Origin: Fibrobacter succinogenes subsp. succinogenes S85
Lineage (GTDB): Bacteria > Fibrobacterota > Fibrobacteria > Fibrobacterales > Fibrobacteraceae
Direction: 5' to 3'
NCBI RefSeq assembly: GCF_000146505.1
Contig: NC_017448.1
Span: 2,970,001 to 3,002,000 of the forward strand
DNA length: 32,000 nucleotides
Made by a program: the position numbers and the translations under genes. The notes below the pieces were generated by a model. The model had not been told where the DNA came from and made no database searches. It saw only the letters and a list, made by a program, of their open reading frames with translations. Shown piece after piece: positions 23,749 through 30,768 of the stretch; position 1 is the stretch's first letter, and each line of letters begins with the position of its first letter.

Positions 23749-25224
23749 TCATTTTACCTCCCAATGGCCGCCTTTGTCGGGGCCTACACGTTTAATGATT
23801 CCTTTTTGTTCCATTTTTTTCATATTCTTATTTACATGAATGCGGCTGATTCCTACGATAGTTGCAATTTCGTCTTGAGACACTGACGGATCTTGCTTAA
23901 TTATCAATAAAATTTTTCTTTGGTTTTCTGTAACCTTTTCTGTAACCTTTTCTGTAACCATTGGTGAGTTTTCGGATTCGTTTCTGGAAATTTCTTGTGT
24001 CTCTTTTCTCCAGATGATGGTTTTAAAGTCGTCGTCATCTTGGAATAGAGGCTTTTTTAAACCGTATTGTAGGCATTGCTTTACAATGTCTCCTGTCCCG
24101 GTTCCCGTCTTTTCTATGTATCCACAACGTTGCATGGCTTCTGCGATAAGAGGATTATGAGGAAGAGATTTGTGAGGCTTGTAGAGCTTATCTATTGTTA
24201 GTCCATGTGGTAATTGTCCTGGATTCCAAATTTCTAGACGATTTCTGAAAAGCATTACTTGAACGCTTGCTTTACTTGTGTAGTCGCGGTGACAGACTGC
24301 GTTGACAATGGCTTCTTTTACGGCCTCCATAGGAAGTTCTGGATGTGTGGGGACTGCTGCGGTTAGGCCTTGTGCTCTTGTTCCTATCCAATTGTCAACG
24401 CGGCTCAGTACAAAACTCGTTGCTTGGTCAATCAGTTGAAAGACATCGCCTTTGTAGATTTGTAATGAAGGAATTGGTTTTTCAACTTTGTTTCCATAAA
24501 ATTGGGCGCATTTTACTTCTGAGGTGATAAAGAATTTTTGAGGTTTTTTGCCGAAAAGGAGAATGGATGCGTTGGCTAATTTGCCTTTTTCATCAATCAT
24601 ATCTAAATGTCGTAAGAAGTTCTCAACGGGGGTGTCGGAACTTAGTTTAAAATTACGTCTTTGTTTTGAAAGCTGGATGAAATTTCGAACTTTCTCTTCG
24701 TCAATATCGTCTATGGTAGCCTCGTTATTTTTGGCTTGATCAAAAGGACCTGTTCGAATGAGTTCTTTCTCTTCCATGTAAAGAACAAGGGCTTTATATA
24801 CAGCATTTTTCAATTCATCATAGTCGGTAAATGAACGCCTCACGTTGTTCTTTTCAACTTTTTGAATGAATTTTATCTCTTTGGGGTGTCTTTGTGAATT
24901 GTCTTTTTTGATGAATATAAGGCATGTTTTATGTAGCTTGTTTGCAAGATTGTATTCCTTTTCTGTGGGGGATATGCTGTTTTTCGATGCCGTGCCATAT
25001 TCGTTACCCAAAAGTCCTAGATATATATCGCTTTTCTCGACTTCTTTAAGATAAATGTCATAGGTTTTGCTGTTGCTTGCTGGATGATTTTCAAAGATGA
25101 ATGGCTTGAAAAATAACGACAATATTGGGTCGTTCGTTAAGTATGAGAATAGCTGTTTGCGTTCTTCGGCAAATTCCCTTTGTACGCTTGAAATAAATAT
25201 TTGAAATTTCATAAATCCTTCCAT
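23749..25224 (-). CDS. DUF4062-like N-terminal domain fused to a COG2865-type HATPase_c_4 domain and C-terminal winged HTH
   Basis: The N-terminus KFQIFISSVQREFAEERKQL...SDIYLGLLGNEYG fits the DUF4062 pattern. The middle is ...ASILLFGKKPQKFF...CAQFYG. EAIVNAVCHRDY...LEIWNPGQLPHG...HNPLIAEAM...GYIEKTGTGTGDI fits the HATPase_c_4 pattern. The C-terminus is ENQRKILLIIKQDPSVSQDEIATIVGISRIHVNKNMKKMEQKGIIKR. aaggag lies 6 nt upstream of ATG 25224. Confidence 0.7.
   Translation of the reverse strand: MEGFMKFQIFISSVQREFAEERKQLFSYLTNDPILSLFFKPFIFENHPASNSKTYDIYLKEVEKSDIYLGLLGNEYGTASKNSISPTEKEYNLANKLHKTCLIFIKKDNSQRHPKEIKFIQKVEKNNVRRSFTDYDELKNAVYKALVLYMEEKELIRTGPFDQAKNNEATIDDIDEEKVRNFIQLSKQRRNFKLSSDTPVENFLRHLDMIDEKGKLANASILLFGKKPQKFFITSEVKCAQFYGNKVEKPIPSLQIYKGDVFQLIDQATSFVLSRVDNWIGTRAQGLTAAVPTHPELPMEAVKEAIVNAVCHRDYTSKASVQVMLFRNRLEIWNPGQLPHGLTIDKLYKPHKSLPHNPLIAEAMQRCGYIEKTGTGTGDIVKQCLQYGLKKPLFQDDDDFKTIIWRKETQEISRNESENSPMVTEKVTEKVTENQRKILLIIKQDPSVSQDEIATIVGISRIHVNKNMKKMEQKGIIKRVGPDKGGHWEVK
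23924..23959. repeat. 12-bp x3 perfect tandem repeat (ttttctgtaacc) encoding VTEK-VTEK-VTEN in the linker before the wHTH
   Basis: Read directly from the sequence. It is in frame within CDS 23749-25224. Confidence 0.9.
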
Positions 25225-25328
25225 TTTTACTCCTTTAATTTTTCGAAAATTTTAACGCCCTTAAATTTATACTCCTCGCAATTTCACTGTCAAGGGGGCG
25301 GACTTTTGTTGGTGTGTTTATTGAAATG

Positions 25329-25376
25329 ATGCACCTCTTGCTTCTATTAAAATTTTGAATTATATTATAGGTGCAT
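25329..25376. promoter_or_regulatory. 8-bp inverted repeat ATGCACCT ... AGGTGCAT (32-nt spacer) upstream of the XRE-ImmA gene; candidate operator
   Basis: Read directly from the sequence: 25329-25336 and 25369-25376. It lies in the divergent promoter region, ending 18 nt before ATG 25395. Confidence 0.35.
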
Positions 25377-25394
25377 TAAAATTATGAGGATTAA

Positions 25395-26393
25395 ATGCAG
25401 GTTTATAGATGTGATGAATTAGCTGTAGTGACGCCACCTGGGCGGCATCTTGCTGAAAAAATTGAAGAAATGGGCCTTGATGCCAATGATTTGGCTGCAC
25501 GCATGGGCTACACGCCCAAGGCGGTGAATGACATTTTACAGGGAAATTGCCGAATCACGCCCGAATCGGCCATTTCTCTTGAAATGGTTACGGAAATACC
25601 TGCTGGGTTTTGGCTGCGTAGTCAGATGGCTTACGACGAATTTTTGTCGCGTGAGAAAATTAAGGCTTCGCTTATGGATCAGTCCCTTTGGAAAAAGTCT
25701 TTCCCCGTGGAACTTGATGTCCGCGAATGGGTTCGACAAAAAAAGGATGAAAGCAAATCTTTGATGCCTCTGTTGAAGTTCTTTGCGGTGGCATCTCCGC
25801 AGGCATGGGATGGTTATTACAAAAAGGCGCAACTGAAGGTGGCGTTCCGTATTTCGCTTGCGGAGGTAAAGGACCCGTATGCGACTTCGGCATGGATTCG
25901 CCGAGGCGAGATTCTGTCGGATCAGGATCCGATGGAAAAGCTGGGGCAGCCTGCGGTTCGTAAAAAGCTTAAGGCGGCGCTTCCTGAAATTATTGCGTTT
26001 GCGGCTGCAAACAAGAAGTTGCCGAAGCGCGAAAAGCGTATCACCTACTGGACGCCTGAGGCGGAAGTGGTTGACGACTGCATGACTGGCTTGCAAGAGT
26101 TATGCCGCAAAATAGGTATTCGCGTGCTTTTTGTACAGAATTTCAAGAGCTCGCCGATTCACGGCATGTACCGTTGGTACAAGGATGTCCCGCTAATCCA
26201 ATTGCACGACCGCTTTAAAAAGCGTGAAACGATGTGGTTTACATTCTTCCATGAACTTGCGCATGTGCTTTACCATGGCAAGAAGGGAATCTGTTTACAG
26301 AACATCGAAATCACGCACAACTATCCCGAAAAAGAGGACGAGGCCAACTGCTTTGCGCAGAAGTGCATGCTGGAGGCGGGTTTCGACGCTTAG
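25395..26393 (+). CDS. HigA-type XRE HTH domain fused to an ImmA/IrrE (COG2856, M78) zinc metallopeptidase domain
   Basis: PGRHLAEKIEEMGLDANDLAARMGYTPKAVNDILQGNCRITPESAISLEMVTEIPAGFWLRSQMAYD fits the HigA/VapI antidote pattern. C-terminal FTFFHELAHVLYHG carries HExxH. gagga lies 5 nt upstream of the ATG. Confidence 0.8.
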   Translation: MQVYRCDELAVVTPPGRHLAEKIEEMGLDANDLAARMGYTPKAVNDILQGNCRITPESAISLEMVTEIPAGFWLRSQMAYDEFLSREKIKASLMDQSLWKKSFPVELDVREWVRQKKDESKSLMPLLKFFAVASPQAWDGYYKKAQLKVAFRISLAEVKDPYATSAWIRRGEILSDQDPMEKLGQPAVRKKLKAALPEIIAFAAANKKLPKREKRITYWTPEAEVVDDCMTGLQELCRKIGIRVLFVQNFKSSPIHGMYRWYKDVPLIQLHDRFKKRETMWFTFFHELAHVLYHGKKGICLQNIEITHNYPEKEDEANCFAQKCMLEAGFDA

Positions 26394-28426
26394 TATGTCA
26401 ACCCGAATCCGTACGGGTAGAGTCCCTTTTTCCCATCGCCAACGTTGATCGGGATTTGCTTGGCGTCTTTGGGCCAAGTGTGCGGGAGTTTGCCCGTGGG
26501 CTTGACTTTGCCAAAGAGTACATCCGCAACGCCAGCTCCTTCGCTTCCGGGGAGCCATGCGACGACGAATGCGTCGGCTACGTTGATGAGCGAGGTGATG
26601 GGGAGCGGGCGGCCGGTGATGAGCACGACGGCCACTTTATGGCCTGCTTTTTGCCATTCTTTAATTTGTGCGATGTCGTTGTCGGTGCTGTTGAACGACA
26701 TGTCGGTTCTGGCTTTCTTGGTGATGATTTTGTTGTTGAAATCGTCGCCGCGGTAGTCGCCGAACCACTCGGCGTACGGAACTTCGCCGATAACATAGAC
26801 GATTGTCTTTGCTTCTTCGGCGGTGGCGACGCGTGCGCCATTTGCGACTTCGTCAAAGCCTGCCTGGATAGATGTTGCGCCGGGGACGTTTTCCATGGTG
26901 CCTTGCCAGCCTTGTGTCCATGCGCCGCATTGTAAGCCGGTGTTGTTGGCGTGGCTGCCGGTGACAAAAATCTTGTCTGTAGTCTTGAGCGGGAGTACTT
27001 TCTTGTTTTTCAAAATGACGAGGCTCTTTTGCACAGCTTCGCGGGCGAGTTGGCGGTGCTCTGCACTGCCGATGTTCTTTGTGACGCCAACGTAAGCGGC
27101 TGGGCCGCTTGGATTGTCAATCCTGCCCGCGCGGATTTTCGCACGTAAGATTCTGCGGCAAGCGTCCTTGACGCGTTCTTCGCTAATCGCACCCGATGCA
27201 ACGAGCTCCTTCATGCTGCGGACAAATGCTTCTGCTGATTGCGGAACCATTGCCATGTCGAGGCCTGCGTTGATGGCGTTCTTGATGGCGTCCTTCGAAG
27301 AAATTCCGGTGACGAGTCCGGGCGAGTAATCGCCTGCGGCGCCTGGCGTTGTAGAGCTTTCGATGCCTTCCCAGTCGGCGATGACGTAACCGTCAAATGC
27401 AAGTTCGGTCTTGAGAATGCCCGTGATTTTTGCGGAGTCCACGTGCTGGTGGATGCCGTTCACCTGGTTAAAACTTGCCATGACGCTGAGGGCGCCTTGT
27501 TCAACGCCTGCTTCGTAAGGCGGTAAATACTTTTGGCGGAGGACTTTGTCTGTCATCGTGGCGTTCCCGCGGTCGTAACCGTTATCTGTGGCACCGTCGC
27601 CAATGAAGTGCTTGAGCGTGGTGATGACGCGCCATTCGGCATCATTGTTGTCTCCCTGCTGGCCGCGTACAAATGCGGCTCCGAGGTCAACGGCGAGTTC
27701 CGTTGTTTCGCCAAATCCTTCGTACACACGGCCCCAGCGTTCATCTTGCGGAACAGTGATGGCGGGGGCGAAGTTCAAGTCAATATGCGCGGCCCACATT
27801 TCTTCGGCGACGGCCTGTCCGATTTTACGAACGAGTGCGGAATCTCGCGTGGCGCCGAGCCCGATGTTATGCGGGAAGATTGTTGCGTTATTCACGTCGG
27901 CGACGCCGTGGACGTTGTCCTTGCCGTAGATGACAGGTATTTTTTGTTTCCAGGCGTTGGTATAAAAGTCTGCCGTATATGCACCGCCGCCTTCGAGTGC
28001 GGATCCGCAGATGCTGTTGCCGCATTTTACGGCCGGAGCTTTGGCTTGCGTCATTTGTGCAATCATGTCGTCAAGTGTCATTTTTGCCATGATGCTGTCG
28101 ATGCGGTTTTCAATCGGGTCGCGCTTTAGCGTGATGTTGCCGTAGTTCTTTTTGCCGGGAATGACGCTGAGTGTTTCGGGTAAAAATCCCGCTTTGCGTA
28201 CGACGATGCTTTGGCCTTTCTTGGCATTATTCAAGCTGAATGCACCCTTGTCGTTTGTGAGTGTTCGCGCGTTGGCGATGAGCTTCGGAAGAGTTCTAAC
28301 GGTGACAGCCGCGTTGTGGATGGGAGCGCCGGATTCATCAACGATAGAACCGCTAATTCCAGCCTGTGCTGCGGAGATAGCGGCGAGAGTTGCAAATGCA
28401 AAAATGCCGATTTTTGAAAGATTCAT
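26390..28426 (-). CDS. Secreted GH3-family beta-glycosidase with N-terminal CarboxypepD_reg-like domain
   Basis: Signal peptide ...AAISAAQA|G, then the beta-sandwich-like ISGSIVDESGAPIHNAAVTVRT. GH3 motifs are GKDNVHGV, FPHNIGLGATRD, KHFIGDG, SVMASFNQVNG and GYVIADWEG (nucleophile Asp context). Confidence 0.9.
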   Translation of the reverse strand: MNLSKIGIFAFATLAAISAAQAGISGSIVDESGAPIHNAAVTVRTLPKLIANARTLTNDKGAFSLNNAKKGQSIVVRKAGFLPETLSVIPGKKNYGNITLKRDPIENRIDSIMAKMTLDDMIAQMTQAKAPAVKCGNSICGSALEGGGAYTADFYTNAWKQKIPVIYGKDNVHGVADVNNATIFPHNIGLGATRDSALVRKIGQAVAEEMWAAHIDLNFAPAITVPQDERWGRVYEGFGETTELAVDLGAAFVRGQQGDNNDAEWRVITTLKHFIGDGATDNGYDRGNATMTDKVLRQKYLPPYEAGVEQGALSVMASFNQVNGIHQHVDSAKITGILKTELAFDGYVIADWEGIESSTTPGAAGDYSPGLVTGISSKDAIKNAINAGLDMAMVPQSAEAFVRSMKELVASGAISEERVKDACRRILRAKIRAGRIDNPSGPAAYVGVTKNIGSAEHRQLAREAVQKSLVILKNKKVLPLKTTDKIFVTGSHANNTGLQCGAWTQGWQGTMENVPGATSIQAGFDEVANGARVATAEEAKTIVYVIGEVPYAEWFGDYRGDDFNNKIITKKARTDMSFNSTDNDIAQIKEWQKAGHKVAVVLITGRPLPITSLINVADAFVVAWLPGSEGAGVADVLFGKVKPTGKLPHTWPKDAKQIPINVGDGKKGLYPYGFGLTY

Positions 28427-28460
28427 AATTTACCCTTTCTACAGAATAAATCTACATTCA

Positions 28461-28494
28461 AAAAAGCGGGCGTGAAAACACGAGCCCGCTTTTT
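28461..28494 (-). terminator. Rho-independent terminator of the second pilin-like gene (A-tract/T-tract flanked, potentially bidirectional)
   Basis: Plus strand: aaaaagcgggcgtg-aaaa-cacgagcccgcttttt (2-nt bulge). On the minus strand the stem is followed by TTTTTT. Confidence 0.75.
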
Positions 28495-28518
28495 ACTGTG
28501 TACGTCTGGAAACAATTT

Positions 28519-29013
28519 TTATTCTTTTCCGCCGGGTGTTGTGATGGGCGTAGTCGTGTTGCTCAGTCGTTTAAAATTCGGAGTCAATGCGTCACTGCAT
28601 TTGGTGACGTCGGTGTTGGAGGCCCAGAAAAAGACGTGTTGGGAGCCACCTTCGAGCGAGTAGTTGATGAACCATTTGTTGCCAGTCGTGCAGTCGTTCA
28701 GGTTCACGGTAGATTCTGCGGCCCAGTTGTAAATGCCTTCCGTGGCGTCGTAAAGGAAATTTGTGGAGCCCGCAATTCCTCGGCTGTTACCTGCGGGAGA
28801 CTTGTAACCGATGTCGTGCCAACTGCCCCCCTTGCCGTGTTCTGAAACGTATGTCTCTAGTAACTTGGTGTAGGTGCCTGCGGCAAGGCTGATTTCGGAA
28901 GCTTTGGCTTTGTCGAAAAGACCGAAAAGTTTCGGTACGGCGATGGCTGCAAGGACGCCCATGATGACGACTGCGACCATTAATTCGATAAGGGAAAACC
29001 CTTTTTTCTCCAT
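28519..29013 (-). CDS. Type IV pilin-like protein, paralogue of 2315-2818
   Basis: MEKK-G|FSLIELMVAVVIMGVLAAIAVPKLFG...KAKASE...AAGTY.KL...YV.E.G...W..IGY..P...LNDC...C.ALTPNF is shared with the first pilin, including the C-terminal Cys pair. Confidence 0.85.
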   Translation of the reverse strand: MEKKGFSLIELMVAVVIMGVLAAIAVPKLFGLFDKAKASEISLAAGTYTKLLETYVSEHGKGGSWHDIGYKSPAGNSRGIAGSTNFLYDATEGIYNWAAESTVNLNDCTTGNKWFINYSLEGGSQHVFFWASNTDVTKCSDALTPNFKRLSNTTTPITTPGGKE

Positions 29014-29076
29014 ATTGCTCCCTTGGACTTGTTTTTATAAAAATAAGTTATTTACCGATGAAAAGGATTGGAAAAG

Positions 29077-29107
29077 AAAAAAAAGCACTACCTTGTTAGG
29101 TAATGCT
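29077..29107 (-). terminator. Rho-independent terminator downstream of the tRNA
   Basis: Minus strand: AGCATTACC-TAACAA-GGTAGTGCT followed by T8. Confidence 0.8.
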
Positions 29108-29112
29108 TTTCG

Positions 29113-29186
29113 TGGGGCCTCCCGGACTTGAACCGGGAACCAACGGGTTATGAGTCCGTGGCTCTAACCGATTGAGCTAAAGCCCC
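29113..29186 (-). tRNA. tRNA with CAU anticodon (elongator tRNA-Met type; lysidine-modified tRNA-Ile2 not excluded)
   Basis: Minus strand: GGGGCTT TA GCTC AATCGGTTA GAGC C ACGGA CTCATAA CCCGT TGGTT CCCGG TTCAAGT CCGGG AGGCCCC A. It folds as a 74-nt cloverleaf with a G1-C72 pair (not an initiator) and one A31/C39 mismatch. CCA is not encoded. Confidence 0.85.
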
Positions 29187-30610
29187 AGTTCACCCAAAAT
29201 TAGTAAATATTTTGAAATTGTCTTCGCCCATTCGTAGTGGAATCCGCTGTACGCATTCACGACACATTTGTCCCAATCGGCGACTTCCGTGTTGTACACA
29301 GTGATCGCGTCCTTGATACGGCGCAGCATCTGGTGCGGGGCGTTGGCATCGTCGACGAGGAACGCATTTGCTTCGCCTGCGGTCTCGAGCGTGTAGTCGG
29401 TGAGCATGCTGGCGATGCCTACGTTACGGCCCGTGAGTGGGAGCGTGCCTGCGGCCATGGCCTTGAGGATAATCGAGGCGGACGGCTCTTGCAGGTTGGC
29501 TGCAAACAAAAGGTCTGATGCGGCGAGTGTATCGCGCAATTTTTCTCTGTTGTTCGCTTCTTCGGAATCGAACTGGAGGATGCGGATGAAGTTGCCGTAC
29601 TGGTGAGAAACTTCCTGGTAGTAGTTCCACTCGGGGTGTTCCGGCGGGATGCCCACGATGATGAGGGCGTTTTCCTTCGCGATATCCGAAAGGATTGTGG
29701 CGAGCGTTTCGGAGGCGTTGCCCGAATCCATGTCCATGTGGCTGTAGATAATCAGCTTGTTCGTGAGATCCATGCCGAACTGGCGGCCGAGGCTCGCCTT
29801 TGCGGTGCGTTTCGCTTCCTTGATGGGGCGCTTTGCTTCGTCGTTGAAGTCCCAGAACTTGTAGTTCACGCCGAACTGGATGCCGAGGAGCTTTTCGCTG
29901 TTGCGGTTCAAAAATCCGCTGAGGCCGCCGGGGAGGTTCGTGTTGAGCATGGCGTCGCGATAGCCCGAAGACGGGAACAGTACCTTGTTTGCATACAGGA
30001 TGCCCGCCTTGAGGAGGCTGACCTTGCCCCAGAACTCGTAGCCGTCCATGTTGAAGTCCTTGCGTGGGAGGCCAATCTTTTCAATTTCGCTCGGCTGCAC
30101 GTGGAAGTCGTAGGTGATGTTATGGACGTTGAAGAAGAACGGGATGTTGTGGAATGTTTCCTGGTAGACCGTGTGGCAAAGAGCGCCGACGAGTGCTCCG
30201 CCCCATTCGTGTCCGAGAATTGCCTGGAACTTGAAGTCGCTTTGGGCGCAGTACGTGAGTACGGCGGATGCGAACATGGCGAATCTCAGGTGGTTGTCGC
30301 TGTAAGGCAGCGAGTGCGGTGGCCCGTAAACGTAGGGTCTGCCGAAATATTCCTCGTTGTATATATAAGTGTGGAGTGGATCGTCGTCAGAACGCCAGAC
30401 CTCAAACGGCTTGTCCTGTAGCGCTTCGACGCCCTTGAAAACGCAATGATACTTGTCGGGGTCTACAATATGGTCTTTGTAGAACGGCGAACAGGTAATA
30501 ACCTGGGACCCGGCATTGGCAAATGCCTGTGTCATGCAGTTTACTGCAGTTGCAAGGGGGCTCGGTACCTTCCAGTTCCCCGCTTCTGGAGTTACGACGA
30601 GTATATTCAT
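29177..30610 (-). CDS. Glycogen/starch-synthase-like glycosyltransferase (GT5-like), divergent
   Basis: The N-terminus NILVVTPEAGNWKVPSPLATAV...GSQVITCSPFY parallels the GlgA MKILfV.sE..P..KtGGLaDV...G..V.v..P.Y. HEWGGAL, GIQFGVNYKFWD and the C-terminal QEPSASIILKAMAAGTLPLTGRNVG parallel GlgA blocks. Start is ATG 30610 (or GTG 30625). Confidence 0.7.
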   Translation of the reverse strand: MNILVVTPEAGNWKVPSPLATAVNCMTQAFANAGSQVITCSPFYKDHIVDPDKYHCVFKGVEALQDKPFEVWRSDDDPLHTYIYNEEYFGRPYVYGPPHSLPYSDNHLRFAMFASAVLTYCAQSDFKFQAILGHEWGGALVGALCHTVYQETFHNIPFFFNVHNITYDFHVQPSEIEKIGLPRKDFNMDGYEFWGKVSLLKAGILYANKVLFPSSGYRDAMLNTNLPGGLSGFLNRNSEKLLGIQFGVNYKFWDFNDEAKRPIKEAKRTAKASLGRQFGMDLTNKLIIYSHMDMDSGNASETLATILSDIAKENALIIVGIPPEHPEWNYYQEVSHQYGNFIRILQFDSEEANNREKLRDTLAASDLLFAANLQEPSASIILKAMAAGTLPLTGRNVGIASMLTDYTLETAGEANAFLVDDANAPHQMLRRIKDAITVYNTEVADWDKCVVNAYSGFHYEWAKTISKYLLILGELGL

Positions 30611-30768
30611 TGTTTTTTTATACACTCCAAATAAAAATTTACCTATAAAAATAGGTATGTATAAATTTATTTATTTAAATTTCAACTGAAAGGGTGAATT
30701 TTATTTTTTAACCTGATAAAGAGTCCTTTTCAATATTTTTTACCAAAACTTCATCTGAAGGATACAAA

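Noticed and set aside
25225-25394. Search for a missing HigB-type toxin ORF upstream of the HigA-like HTH gene
   Set aside because: The 170-bp spacer has no ORF of useful length on either strand. The HTH is fused to an ImmA peptidase instead, so this is not a classical HigBA pair.
29113-29186. tRNA(CAU) as the attachment site of a genomic island
   Set aside because: There is no adjacent integrase, and I saw no duplicated copy of the tRNA 3' half. The neighbouring genes (glgA-like, pilin, GH3) have core-like composition.
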